Shown piece after piece: positions 18,238-28,707 of a stretch of 64,000 nucleotides of DNA; the first letter of the stretch is position 1; each line of letters opens with the position of its first letter. The position numbers and the translations under genes were made by a program. Under the pieces are notes generated by a model. That model did not search any database, was not told where the DNA came from, and worked only from the letters and a program-made list of their open reading frames with translations. The DNA is from Ignavibacteria bacterium (lineage in GTDB: Bacteria; Bacteroidota; Ignavibacteria; Tepidaquicellales; OLB5), in contig JAIOIK010000112.1 of the NCBI GenBank assembly GCA_019912545.1, forward strand, positions 10,038-74,037, in the 5' to 3' direction.

Positions 18238-19986
18238 ATGAAGATCTTAACAATCACTCTATTCGCATTAATTATGGCCACAATAACATCAGAAGCACAG
18301 GATGCAAATAAACAGCTATGGGATCTTTTTTCCGTATACGACGAATACAATCTCAGATCGTACCCTGAAGGAGCTACTTACGAAGGAGATCACCGCTTCG
18401 ACGACCTGCTTTCTGACCAGTCAGATTATGCCACAATAGAAGGCTATGCTCAGACGCGCACTTTCCTCAAAGATCTCTTAAACATTGATTACAATTCCTT
18501 ATCAAATGAAAACAAACTCAACTATGACCTGTTCAAAAGAAGCCTGGACATAAGCCTTGAGGGAGAAAAATTCCACTGGCATTACACTCCAATCGGTCAG
18601 CAAGGCGGCATACATATTGGTTTCCCGCAGATCGTCAACTATCAGCCGCACTCAGTTTATGAGGATTTTCAGAAGTACTTCAAACGCCTGCGCGGCTTTG
18701 AAAAGCAGGTTAACGATGTAATTGATAACATGAAAAAAGGTATGGCAATTGGCTTAATGCCGCCTTCTTTTATTATTGAGCAGACCCTTCCGCAGATGGA
18801 AAGTATAATGAATGTAAAGCCTGAAGAATCTGTTTTTTATTCAATATATAAGAAAGAAAATAAACTGAGCGTTGAGGAAAAAGAAAAAGTTTCTTCAGAA
18901 TTGATTGATATTATAGAAACAAATGTAAATCCTGCATACAATAAACTGCATGAATTTGTGAAGAATGAATACCTCCCTAAATGCAGGAATGAAGCGGGCA
19001 TTTGGTCATTGCCGGATGGAAAAGAAAGATATGAAAATTCCGTTAAATATTATACAACGCTTGATTCAACTGCGGATGAGATCCACACAATAGGGATGAA
19101 TGAAGTTACACGACTACGCGGTGAGATGGAGAAACTCAAAGACAGCATTGGCTTCAAAGGAAGCCTTGATGAGTTCAACACTTTCCTGAAAACAGATGAT
19201 CAGTTCTATTACAAAGATAAAAATGATCTTTTGAATGGCTTCAGGGCAATTCTGAAAAAAATGGATTCTAAATTACCCGATCTTTTCTCTCATTTACCGG
19301 AAGTTAGCTATGACCTGTTTGAAATGGAGGAATTTCGGGCAAAATCAGCTCCCGCAGCTTATTATTACTCCGCCCCTGAAGACCGTTCACGCCCCGGATA
19401 TTTTTATGTGAATACATATAATCTGAAGGCAAGGCCTATATATACCATGACAGCATTGGCTCTACACGAAGCAGTTCCGGGTCATCATTTGCAGATATCT
19501 TTGTCGCAGGAACTTAAAGGTCTGCCAAAATTCCGCAGAGATTATTCTGTAACTGCATTTGTAGAAGGCTGGGGACTGTATGCTGAGCATCTAGGTTACG
19601 AAACAGGAATGTATGACGACATTTACCAGAAATACGGCGCATTGACATTTGAAATGTGGCGCGCATGCAGGCTTGTTGTAGATACAGGCATACATGAAAA
19701 AATGTGGACCCGCGAAGAGGCATATGAGTTCATGAAGAAAAATACTCCAAATTCAGAGCAGGACATTCAGTCTGAAATTGACAGGTATATATCCTGGCCG
19801 GGGCAGGCGCTTGCCTATAAAATGGGTGAATTAAAAATAAAGGAACTTCGGAAACTTGCCGAAACTAAGCTTGGAGAAAAGTTTGATGTAAAGGAATTTC
19901 ATGATGTTCTGTTAAGAAATGGCGCTATACCTCTGAAGCTTCTGGAGAAGAACATAATAGAATGGATCAAATCTAAGCAAAGCTGA
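18238..19986 (+). CDS. DUF885 family secreted metalloprotein
   Basis: 582 aa with a signal peptide. ALHEAVPGHHLQ and the GWGLYAE region are typical of DUF885. Confidence 0.7.
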   Translation: MKILTITLFALIMATITSEAQDANKQLWDLFSVYDEYNLRSYPEGATYEGDHRFDDLLSDQSDYATIEGYAQTRTFLKDLLNIDYNSLSNENKLNYDLFKRSLDISLEGEKFHWHYTPIGQQGGIHIGFPQIVNYQPHSVYEDFQKYFKRLRGFEKQVNDVIDNMKKGMAIGLMPPSFIIEQTLPQMESIMNVKPEESVFYSIYKKENKLSVEEKEKVSSELIDIIETNVNPAYNKLHEFVKNEYLPKCRNEAGIWSLPDGKERYENSVKYYTTLDSTADEIHTIGMNEVTRLRGEMEKLKDSIGFKGSLDEFNTFLKTDDQFYYKDKNDLLNGFRAILKKMDSKLPDLFSHLPEVSYDLFEMEEFRAKSAPAAYYYSAPEDRSRPGYFYVNTYNLKARPIYTMTALALHEAVPGHHLQISLSQELKGLPKFRRDYSVTAFVEGWGLYAEHLGYETGMYDDIYQKYGALTFEMWRACRLVVDTGIHEKMWTREEAYEFMKKNTPNSEQDIQSEIDRYISWPGQALAYKMGELKIKELRKLAETKLGEKFDVKEFHDVLLRNGAIPLKLLEKNIIEWIKSKQS

Positions 19987-19999
19987 GCAATTCAGAACG

Positions 20000-21019
20000 T
20001 TACTGCTCTGTCTGGTATAATTCTTTCAACATCATGCGTTCTTTTGGGTTAGTAATTACTATTATTTTACAATTTTCTGAAATTAGATGATCCATCTTGG
20101 GATTATAAGTCCATTCGTCATCTGTGACTGCGGCAAGTACAAGAGTATTCGGATATTTATGTAATTCCAGCTCATTAAGTTTTTTGCCGGCATGCTTTTT
20201 ATGCAATGATACTTCTTCTACTCTGAGATTTTTATCCTTATCTGTTAAAAGCCTGTCAAGAAATCCGACAACTGCCGGCCTTGTCATTTCAGAGGCCATT
20301 CTCATACCGGCAATATAATTCTCTGTAATTACACTGTCTGCTCCGGCTTTCACCATCTTCTGTTGGTTTGCAGCTTCGAGGCATCTTGCAACAACCTTTA
20401 TTGAAGGGTTTATATATTTTGCCGTTAAACTGATAACAAGGTTCTGATTATCATCTCCTGTTGCAGCAAAGATGCCTTTTGCTGTTTTAATCCCTGCATT
20501 TTCGAGCACTTCTTCAATATCCGCATCTCCGATTAATGTAATGACTTTAGGATATTTCTCTGAGACAATTTGAATAATCTCTTCATCTTTATCAATTACA
20601 ACGCAGGTCCTGTCTGTTAAATATAATTCATTCAAAATTACTGAGCCAACCCTGCCTGCACCACAAATGATGTAATGATTTTCAAGTTTGTTTATTACTT
20701 TTTTCATTCTTCTTTTCTTAAATGTTTCTTTAAGCTGCCCTTCAACAATTAACGCAGTGAAAGTTGAAATAATATATGTTGCTGTCCCTATCCCTGTAAA
20801 AGCAATTAGGATCGTAAACAATCTCCCGGTTGAGTTATAAGTAAGGTCAATAATCTCTCCGTAGCCTATTGTAAGGATTGTAATAACTGTCATATAGAGG
20901 CAATCAATAAGTGAGTATTTGCCTCCCCCGATGTGCCAATACCCAAATGTTCCCAAAAAGAGAACAGCGGTAAGCAGCGCAAGAGGAGTTCTGAATTTCT
21001 TTAACAATTCTGAGGTCAT
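20000..21019 (-). CDS. Potassium channel with RCK/TrkA-N domain
   Basis: Two TM helices flank the selectivity filter TIGYGE. Followed by a Rossmann motif IICGAGRVG and an RCK C-lobe. Confidence 0.85.
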   Translation of the reverse strand: MTSELLKKFRTPLALLTAVLFLGTFGYWHIGGGKYSLIDCLYMTVITILTIGYGEIIDLTYNSTGRLFTILIAFTGIGTATYIISTFTALIVEGQLKETFKKRRMKKVINKLENHYIICGAGRVGSVILNELYLTDRTCVVIDKDEEIIQIVSEKYPKVITLIGDADIEEVLENAGIKTAKGIFAATGDDNQNLVISLTAKYINPSIKVVARCLEAANQQKMVKAGADSVITENYIAGMRMASEMTRPAVVGFLDRLLTDKDKNLRVEEVSLHKKHAGKKLNELELHKYPNTLVLAAVTDDEWTYNPKMDHLISENCKIIVITNPKERMMLKELYQTEQ

Positions 21020-21101
21020 ATTAACACAAATTTAACGAAACGAGTATAGATAAACACTGATATTAATATATTATTTGATTATTTTTGTCTATCTAAAGCC
21101 A

Positions 21102-21599
21102 ATGCACACACTTTTTCTTTTAAGGCATGCCAAATCAAGCTGGGAAGACCTGCTTCAGGAAGACATTAAAAGACCACTTAACAAAAGGGGCAAAAATGAT
21201 GCGCCCCATATAGGGCGATTTCTTGCGGAAAAAGGAGATGTCCCGGACCTAATAATTTCAAGTACCGCAAAAAGGGCTTTGAGTACTGCAAAAAGGGTTG
21301 CTTCAGCAACCGGGTATGATACTGCCGGAATCTTGAAGGATAAAAGGCTTTATATGGCGGGTATTGATGATTTCCTGAGCGTCATATCGCAGGTTGATAA
21401 TAAAGTAAAGCAGCTTATGCTTGTTAGTCACAATTACGGAATAACAGATTTTGCGAATTTCATAAGCAATTCTGATATTCAAAGCATACCGACCTGCGGC
21501 ATAGTTAAGATAAAATTCGATTCAGGTGACTGGAAAGATGTACTGTACACTAAAGGTAAGCTGATCTATTTCGAATTTCCAAAGAACATTTTAAGATAA
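21102..21599 (+). CDS. Histidine phosphatase superfamily protein (SixA-like)
   Basis: LFLLRHAKS (RHG motif) and a later SH motif (LVSHN). Start moved to ATG 21102, because the track's TTG 21075 adds 9 unlikely residues. Confidence 0.7.
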   Translation: MHTLFLLRHAKSSWEDLLQEDIKRPLNKRGKNDAPHIGRFLAEKGDVPDLIISSTAKRALSTAKRVASATGYDTAGILKDKRLYMAGIDDFLSVISQVDNKVKQLMLVSHNYGITDFANFISNSDIQSIPTCGIVKIKFDSGDWKDVLYTKGKLIYFEFPKNILR

Positions 21600-21614
21600 G
21601 GCTGTAAAAATTAT

Positions 21615-23684
21615 ATGGAATACAAGTTTTTTAACAGAGAGTTAAGCTGGCTTTCGTTTAACCACAGGGTTTTACAGGAAGCAAAAGACCCCTCTGTGCC
21701 AATTTATGACAGGATCAAATTTCTTGCAATTTTTTCATCGAATCTAGATGAGTTTTTCCGCGTTCGTGTTGCATCTCTTCGCGCTCTTGAAGTATTAAAA
21801 AAGAAATCTCAAAAAGAGCTCAAGTTTGATGTAACCAAGCTTCTTGACAAAATTTACAGGAATGTGGTAAAGCTTCAGGAGGAGTATGGAAATATATATG
21901 TTAACAACATCCGCCCTGAACTTGAAAGGAATAACATATACATAGTTGACCAGAATCAATTGACATCCGGACAAAAAGAATTTGTATCCGAAATCTTTAA
22001 TGAACAGGTAGTTCCGCATATTATGCCTATGATAGTTGCTATGAAGAAGATAACACCCTTTTTAAGAAATCAGAGGCTTTACCTCGCAGTAAAACTTTCT
22101 GAGAAGCACTCTACAGGCACAATAAAAACCATGAAGAGAAAAAGATATAAATATGCAATTGTAGAAATACCTACAAATCATATTAACAGGTTTATACTGC
22201 TTCCGAAAATTGGAAATGATAACTTTATCATTTTTCTAGACGATATCATCAGGCTTTTTTTGCCGCAGATATTCTACGGTTATAATATTCATGAGTCATA
22301 CTCGGTAAAGCTTACCCGCGATGCTGAACTTTATATTGAAGATGAATTCACAGGCAACCTGCTTGAGAAAATTAAGAAGAGCCTCGCAAAACGCTCCAGT
22401 GGGGCGCCAAGCAGATTCCTGTATGACAAGGACATGCCTGTATCTTACCTGAATTACCTGAAGGAAGCTTTGCTGTTAAGCGATGAAGATGTTTACCCGG
22501 GTGCAAGATATCATAATTTCAGTGATTTTTTTGACTTTCCGAACCCGGGAGTAAAATCACTTAACTATCCTGAACTTAAGCCCTTAAAGAGCAAAGAACT
22601 TGATTCGTATTCTTCGATGTTTTCCGCAGCTAAAAAGAAGGACCACTTGCTTTATTTTCCATTTCATTCGTATGAATATGTTGTAAACGCGATTGAAGAG
22701 GCAGCCAAAGACCCTAAAGTAACTTCTATCAGGATTACTCAATACAGGGTAGCCAGAGAATCGAAAATTGTAAACTCGCTCATAAAAGCTGCGCATCGCG
22801 GCAAAGATGTTACAGCATTTGTAGAAATTAAGGCAAGGTTTGATGAAGAGATAAACATCAAAAGCGCTGAGGAGATGCAGAAAGCAGGCGTCAAGGTTCT
22901 GTACAGCCTGCCCGGTTTGAAAGTTCACTCTAAAATGGCGCTGATTACAAGAATGGAATCAGGCACCCCGAGAAACTATGCTTATTTATCCACCGGTAAC
23001 TTTAATGAAAAAACAGCCCGGCTTTATACAGACTATGGTTTTTTTACTGCAAACGAAGAATTGACTTACGAAGCTGAAAGAGTGTTTGAATATCTTGAAG
23101 GTAAAAAGACAGGGTATGAATTCAAACACCTACTGGTTGCCCAATTCGGTATGCGGCAGGGGTTTGAGGGTTTAATAGAAAAAGAAATCGAAAATGCAAA
23201 AAGTGGAATATCGGCGGCCATAACTATTAAAGTAAACAGCCTTGAAGATGAGAGGATAATTAAGAAATTATATGAAGCCGGCGCTGCCGGTGTAAAAGTA
23301 AAAATGATAGTTCGCGGAATCTGCTGTTTGATCCCCGGTGCAAAGGATATGAGTGAGAATATTTCCGGTATCAGCATTGTTGATAAATTCCTTGAGCATG
23401 ACCGTGTCTATATTTTCCATAATGCTGGTGATGAAAAGATCTTTTTATCATCGGCAGATTGGATGAAACGTAATTTGAGCCGCCGGATAGAAGTTGCCTT
23501 CCCGATTTATGACCCGATACTCAAGAAAATGGTAAAAGACATAATCGAAATTAAACTAAGGGATAATGTGAAAGCACGCTTAATCGATGAAAAACAAACT
23601 AACCAGTATATTGTAAATGATGATATTGTTTCAATCCGGTCACAAGATGAAATTTACACTTTTTTAAAGAATTTGAAGAAATAA
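21615..23684 (+). CDS. ppk: Polyphosphate kinase 1
   Basis: 689 aa. NRELSWLSFNHRVLQEA N-terminus, a PLD-like HSK motif (KVHSKMALI) and a C-terminal HDRVYIF region. Confidence 0.92.
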   Translation: MEYKFFNRELSWLSFNHRVLQEAKDPSVPIYDRIKFLAIFSSNLDEFFRVRVASLRALEVLKKKSQKELKFDVTKLLDKIYRNVVKLQEEYGNIYVNNIRPELERNNIYIVDQNQLTSGQKEFVSEIFNEQVVPHIMPMIVAMKKITPFLRNQRLYLAVKLSEKHSTGTIKTMKRKRYKYAIVEIPTNHINRFILLPKIGNDNFIIFLDDIIRLFLPQIFYGYNIHESYSVKLTRDAELYIEDEFTGNLLEKIKKSLAKRSSGAPSRFLYDKDMPVSYLNYLKEALLLSDEDVYPGARYHNFSDFFDFPNPGVKSLNYPELKPLKSKELDSYSSMFSAAKKKDHLLYFPFHSYEYVVNAIEEAAKDPKVTSIRITQYRVARESKIVNSLIKAAHRGKDVTAFVEIKARFDEEINIKSAEEMQKAGVKVLYSLPGLKVHSKMALITRMESGTPRNYAYLSTGNFNEKTARLYTDYGFFTANEELTYEAERVFEYLEGKKTGYEFKHLLVAQFGMRQGFEGLIEKEIENAKSGISAAITIKVNSLEDERIIKKLYEAGAAGVKVKMIVRGICCLIPGAKDMSENISGISIVDKFLEHDRVYIFHNAGDEKIFLSSADWMKRNLSRRIEVAFPIYDPILKKMVKDIIEIKLRDNVKARLIDEKQTNQYIVNDDIVSIRSQDEIYTFLKNLKK

Positions 23685-23774
23685 ACTCAATTTTTCACCC
23701 TTCTCTGAATTCCGGTTATAAAGGAACAATATTTACACTGCGGAGTATAACCCTTAAGAAAGGAGGATTATAAC

Positions 23775-24563
23775 ATGAATGACAATATAATTCTCATCAA
23801 TAATGACGGTTACGGCGCTCCCGAATTAAAGAAGCTTTCACAAGGCTTTACAATGAAGGGATTCATTGTAGCTGTAACAATACATATAGCTCTTGTTGCA
23901 TCATATATGATCTTTGCTTACTTGAATGAAGCTAAAGCTAAAGATATTCCCAAAAACAACAGGGAAGTAATAAGATTTGTTGAGCTTGAAGCTCCTCCAT
24001 CTTTAGATGAGACCGAGATACCTCCGGTTAAACAGGATGAAGTTGTTCAGAAAGTAAAAGACCTTTCCTCGCTTCAGCCAATTCCGGTAAGGAAAGACAT
24101 TGCTGATGATGTTGTTCTTAAAACACAGGACCAGCTAGATAACATAACAGGAAATGTTTCAAGAGAAGGTGATAGTGTTGTTATTGCAAACACAAATGAT
24201 ATAAAAATTGATAATACAATTATCACCGATAAGATCGACAAATTACCACAGGATCCAGTAAAAGATGTTTACACTTTGAGCGAAGTAGATGTTATTCCTG
24301 AATGTATTAATCTAAGCCAGGTTAAGTCAATGATGAATTACCCAACGCTTGCACAGGAAATTGGCCTGGAAGGTAAGGTAACCGTAAAAGTACTTGTTGG
24401 AGCTGATGGTAGCGTACTGAAAATCGGCTCACTTACCGGTCCCGATGCATTTTACGACGAAGTAAAAGATAAGGCTATGAACCTTAATTTTACCCCCGGC
24501 CTGCAAAGCAACAAGCCTGTGAAAGTCTGGGTTACAGTACCTTTTAGTTTCAAATTGAAATAG
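23775..24563 (+). CDS. TonB family energy-transducer protein
   Basis: N-terminal TM, a proline/acidic linker (LEAPPSLDETEIPPV), and a C-terminal TonB domain (YPTLAQEIGLEGKVTVKVLVGADGSV...VWVTVPFSFKL). AAGGAGG RBS. Confidence 0.8.
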   Translation: MNDNIILINNDGYGAPELKKLSQGFTMKGFIVAVTIHIALVASYMIFAYLNEAKAKDIPKNNREVIRFVELEAPPSLDETEIPPVKQDEVVQKVKDLSSLQPIPVRKDIADDVVLKTQDQLDNITGNVSREGDSVVIANTNDIKIDNTIITDKIDKLPQDPVKDVYTLSEVDVIPECINLSQVKSMMNYPTLAQEIGLEGKVTVKVLVGADGSVLKIGSLTGPDAFYDEVKDKAMNLNFTPGLQSNKPVKVWVTVPFSFKLK

Positions 24564-24704
24564 AATCAAATGCCAATTTTAAGTTATTGTAAATCCGCTA
24601 TTTAATATTTCTTTTTATCCCCTTATTACGTTAATTACTTTATTATATTTTATATATATATTTTATTAACAAGTACAATTCTAAAACCTGGATAGAATTA
24701 GCAA

Positions 24705-27266
24705 TTGATAGAATTTCCGTCAGCACAGAAAGATCGCTTCAGAGACCTGATCGAGGGCCTGAATATTATTACCTACGAATTTGATCTTTCCGAAAATAGG
24801 TATATATATGTAAGCAGAATGGCTGAATCAATACTTGGATACAGTTACAATTCCTGGTTTACAATTGGTTTTTGGTATGATCATCTGCATCCCGATGACC
24901 GTATGTGGGCATCAGAATTCGGTAGATACCATACTAAGCAGCACAAAGCTCACGAATATGAATACAGAATGATAGCCTCAGATGGTTCGGTAAAATGGCT
25001 TAAAGATATCGCCACAGTCAATTTAAAGAACGGCGAACCTGAATGTTTGCAAGGAGTATTAATTGATATGACACAGCGCAAGCAAACCGAGTTTGAGCTG
25101 ATGCAGAATAAAGAAATGTATAAAACCCTGGTTGAACAGCAATCCGAAATGATAACCAGGTGGAGACCCGATGGTACTTTTACATATGTGAACGATGTTT
25201 ACTGCAGATTCTTCGAAAAAGATAAAAGAGAATTGATCGGGAAAACTTACATTCCTCAAATGCCTCCTGACGATCTGGATAGATTTACAGCGTTCTTCAA
25301 ACAACTTACAAAAGATAAACCTGTTGGTACTTTTGTTCACAGGGTTATATTGCCGGATGGTGAGATAAGATGGCTGAAATGGACTGATAAGGCACTCTTT
25401 GATGATTCCGGTGAAATAGTTGAATACCAGACAGTCGGGCGTGATATAACCGTTCAGAAAAGGGCCGAAATAGCCCTGATGGAAAGTGAAAAACAGCTTC
25501 AATTGATCTTTGATAACGCCCCAATTGGTATGGCATTAACAGACTTTGAAAATAACTACATAAAAGTTAACAAAGCGTATTGCGAAATTGTTGGATATAC
25601 AAAAGAAGAACTGATGACTATGACCTTTGAGGAGATTTCACATCCCGAAGATAAAAAACTGGATGAAGAAATTACAGCAAAGGCAAAATTGGGGCATGTG
25701 ACTAATTTCAACTTCGAAAAAAGATACATTCATAAAAACGGAAGTACAGTCCTGACTGAACTTCATTTAAATGTATTAAAGAATAATACCGGCAGCCCGC
25801 ACCAGATCATAGCGCAGGTTGTTGATATAACAAAAAGAAAAGAATCTGAACACATATTAAAACAAACGCAGGCAAGACTTTCCGCTATATTGAATAACCT
25901 TCTCATAGTCACCATTTATGAATACGGAGAGGATATAAATTTTGTTTCCGAAAATATCCTGGATATTCTGGGTTATTCCTCAGATGAATTCATGAATAAC
26001 AAAGATCTGTTCAGCAATCTTATGCTTAAGGAAGATATCATAAAATATGACAGAAGGGTTGACGAGTGGAAGAAGAACGGCTCAGCCGGAGTATTAAGTA
26101 ATGAAATCAGGGTAAGGAACAGGAAAGACGAGATTGTCTGGCTTGAAGACCATATGTTTGAGGTGAAACCGGAAAATGGTAAGACTTATTTTTCGGGAAT
26201 CATGATCGATATTACACAGCAGAAAAAGACGAAACAGAAGATACACGATACTGAAACCAAGTTCGCAGCTGTTTTGAAAAACCTGCCAAAAGTTGTTGTT
26301 TACCAGTCCGGTGAGGGAAGAGACTTTGTTTCAGAAAATATAGCCGAAATGATCGGTTATCAGCCGGGAGATATAATTTCCGAAAAATACTTCTTTGGCA
26401 AAATCATGCATCCGGATGACCTTGTCAACGTGAAGAGTTCTCTCCAGAACTGGCACAAGGTAAACGAAGAAGGTATCCAGATAATGGAATTCCGGCTGGA
26501 AAAGAAATCCGGCGGATATGTCTGGATCGAAGACCATATGTTCAAAGTTAAAGCAGATGACGGACAGGAATACTTATCAGGAGTGCTGATTGATGTTACG
26601 GAAAGAAAGCTATATGAACAAAAAATCAGCCAGTCATTAAAGGAAAAAGAACTGCTGTTAAAGGAAATTCATCACAGGGTCAAAAATAACCTTCAGGTTG
26701 TATCCAGTTTGCTAAAACTGCAATCGGGATATGTGAGCGATTCTCACACACTTGATATCTTAACAGATAGCCAGAACAGAGTGAAATCTATGGCGCTGGT
26801 ACATCAGAAGCTATACCAGTCAAAAGATTATTCAAAGATCGATTTTTCTGAATATCTCAAACAACTTTCGGTTCACCTGCTGAATTCATTCAGAACAACC
26901 TCAAACAGTGTGGAGTTAAATGTCAGTTCGGATAATGTATTCTTAAGTATTGATTTGGCAATCCCGTGCGGTTTGATAATTAATGAGCTTATTTCGAATT
27001 CACTTAAGTATGCGTTCCCGGTTGAAAGAAAAGGTATAATTAATGTAGGAGTAAATTCATTTAACAATAATGAATATCATATTACAGTACAGGATAATGG
27101 AATAGGCTTCCCGAAAGACATTAATTATAGAGATACGAAGTCTCTTGGTTTACAGCTCGTGAATACTTTGGTCGGGCAAATAGACGGCACAATTTCTATG
27201 GATAATCACGTTGGAACTTCGTTCAAAATAGGATTCTCCTCAAAAGAGAACTCAAAACTAAACTAA
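24705..27266 (+). CDS. Multi-PAS sensor histidine kinase (HisKA_2 + HATPase_c)
   Basis: 853 aa with five or more PAS/PAC units. H-box EIHHRVKNNLQVVSSLL, N-box NELISNSLKYAF, G-box QDNGIGFP. TTG is the only start that keeps the first PAS intact; an in-frame TAG lies 6 nt upstream. Confidence 0.85.
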   Translation: MIEFPSAQKDRFRDLIEGLNIITYEFDLSENRYIYVSRMAESILGYSYNSWFTIGFWYDHLHPDDRMWASEFGRYHTKQHKAHEYEYRMIASDGSVKWLKDIATVNLKNGEPECLQGVLIDMTQRKQTEFELMQNKEMYKTLVEQQSEMITRWRPDGTFTYVNDVYCRFFEKDKRELIGKTYIPQMPPDDLDRFTAFFKQLTKDKPVGTFVHRVILPDGEIRWLKWTDKALFDDSGEIVEYQTVGRDITVQKRAEIALMESEKQLQLIFDNAPIGMALTDFENNYIKVNKAYCEIVGYTKEELMTMTFEEISHPEDKKLDEEITAKAKLGHVTNFNFEKRYIHKNGSTVLTELHLNVLKNNTGSPHQIIAQVVDITKRKESEHILKQTQARLSAILNNLLIVTIYEYGEDINFVSENILDILGYSSDEFMNNKDLFSNLMLKEDIIKYDRRVDEWKKNGSAGVLSNEIRVRNRKDEIVWLEDHMFEVKPENGKTYFSGIMIDITQQKKTKQKIHDTETKFAAVLKNLPKVVVYQSGEGRDFVSENIAEMIGYQPGDIISEKYFFGKIMHPDDLVNVKSSLQNWHKVNEEGIQIMEFRLEKKSGGYVWIEDHMFKVKADDGQEYLSGVLIDVTERKLYEQKISQSLKEKELLLKEIHHRVKNNLQVVSSLLKLQSGYVSDSHTLDILTDSQNRVKSMALVHQKLYQSKDYSKIDFSEYLKQLSVHLLNSFRTTSNSVELNVSSDNVFLSIDLAIPCGLIINELISNSLKYAFPVERKGIINVGVNSFNNNEYHITVQDNGIGFPKDINYRDTKSLGLQLVNTLVGQIDGTISMDNHVGTSFKIGFSSKENSKLN

Positions 27267-27271
27267 AGCAT

Positions 27272-27691
27272 TCATTTTATACCATCATAAAACCGGATGA
27301 ACTCTGATCTTATTTCATCCCTCACCCGCCGATAAACTTTCAGGATTTCCTCTTTAGACCCGATTGCATCAGCAGGATCATCAAATCCGATATGCAACCG
27401 GTTTTTAACTTCACCCGTAAATACCGGGCAAACTTCTTTTGCATTATCACAAACAGTTATCACGTAATCAAATGAATCACCGGTGAATTCATTTACATTT
27501 TGCGGAAACTGTGCTGAAATATCAATACCGGTCTCTTTCATTACTTCAACTGCATAAGGATTTACTTCCTTTTCCGGCCTGGTCCCGGCAGAATACACGT
27601 CCAGTTCACTATCAAAACTCTTAAAAAATCCTTCAGCCATTTGACTTCTGCATGAGTTACCCGTACATAATACCAAAATTTTAGCTTTCAT
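27272..27691 (-). CDS. arsC: Arsenate reductase, thioredoxin-coupled LMW-PTP family
   Basis: CTGNSCRS P-loop plus a VCDNAKEVCP cysteine pair (C-X6-C), as in Bacillus/Staphylococcus ArsC. No arsR, arsB or acr3 nearby. Confidence 0.65.
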   Translation of the reverse strand: MKAKILVLCTGNSCRSQMAEGFFKSFDSELDVYSAGTRPEKEVNPYAVEVMKETGIDISAQFPQNVNEFTGDSFDYVITVCDNAKEVCPVFTGEVKNRLHIGFDDPADAIGSKEEILKVYRRVRDEIRSEFIRFYDGIK

Positions 27692-27761
27692 AATAAATTC
27701 AGTATGTTGAAATTAAATATGGTTTGAAATTGTTATTAATTCAAACCAAGTATTAGTATTA

Positions 27762-28706
27762 ATGACAAAGGCAATAATTATTATAATATTCATCATTTTA
27801 TCGATATTAGTCGGGGGATGCTCGGATACAGGAGCTATATCCAAAAATGAATCAAAAGGGGATTCCCTTATACTCCAAAACGATGTAAAAAAAGACCTTT
27901 CGTCAATTGAGGAAATTACTTACGGGCTTGATTATAATTCTGCACTTGAGAACTATTCCAAAGTGATGCCTGAAAATGCATCTGTTACCCGGTTCAGGTA
28001 TTTTGTTATAATTTCAGATCTTGGTGAAGAATTAACCTATTCGCTCATAGATAATGATATAAGGAACACTATCAGCTCTATGGAATCGAATTTCGTTTCT
28101 AAAACACCCGTTGATGTTACACCAATATTTCTTTTCTCAGATTTTGAAAAATACAAAACATTTGTATTGAGCAATTTCAATATTGAAGAAAGTGATATTT
28201 CTCCATACGGATTCTTTAAAATTTCCAAAAATACGATTGCAATAAGATACGTAAACTGGAAAGGCAGTATCTCACATGAGGTTACACACAAATTCACAAA
28301 AAGAGATTTCCCGGATATGCCTTCCTGGTTTGATGAAGGATTTGCTTCATTAAATGAGAAGTCAACATTTAGAAACGGGGTTCTAATTGGCGATTTCAGT
28401 TTCAGGATAATACCGCTAAGAAGAGCTTTGAAAGAGAATACTTATGCCGGGCTTGAAACATTAATGCAGACAGATGATAACGAACTGTACGGTAAGAGAT
28501 CATCTTTCTATTATGCGCAGTCAAGATACCTGTTAATGTACCTTCAGCAAAAGGGCTTATTAGTTGACTTTTATAAACACTTCAGGGATACATACACTGG
28601 AGACAAAACCGGAATCAGCCAGCTTGAGAAAGTAACAGGCAAACCCATCAGCCAAATTGATGAAGAAGTGCTGAAGTTTGTGAAAAGTTTTGACGATGTG
28701 AGATAA
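27762..28706 (+). CDS. Lipoprotein with HExxH...E metallopeptidase-like motif (MA-clan / DUF1570-like)
   Basis: Lipobox LVGGC, then SHEVTHKF followed 13 residues later by WFDEGFASL. Confidence 0.45.
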   Translation: MTKAIIIIIFIILSILVGGCSDTGAISKNESKGDSLILQNDVKKDLSSIEEITYGLDYNSALENYSKVMPENASVTRFRYFVIISDLGEELTYSLIDNDIRNTISSMESNFVSKTPVDVTPIFLFSDFEKYKTFVLSNFNIEESDISPYGFFKISKNTIAIRYVNWKGSISHEVTHKFTKRDFPDMPSWFDEGFASLNEKSTFRNGVLIGDFSFRIIPLRRALKENTYAGLETLMQTDDNELYGKRSSFYYAQSRYLLMYLQQKGLLVDFYKHFRDTYTGDKTGISQLEKVTGKPISQIDEEVLKFVKSFDDVR

Positions 28707-28707
28707 A

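Noticed and set aside
24600-24704. Very AT-rich stretch with a (TA)n run upstream of the PAS kinase; considered as an origin or regulatory repeat
   Set aside because: There are no DnaA-box-like 9-mers or ordered repeats. It is most simply an AT-rich promoter region.
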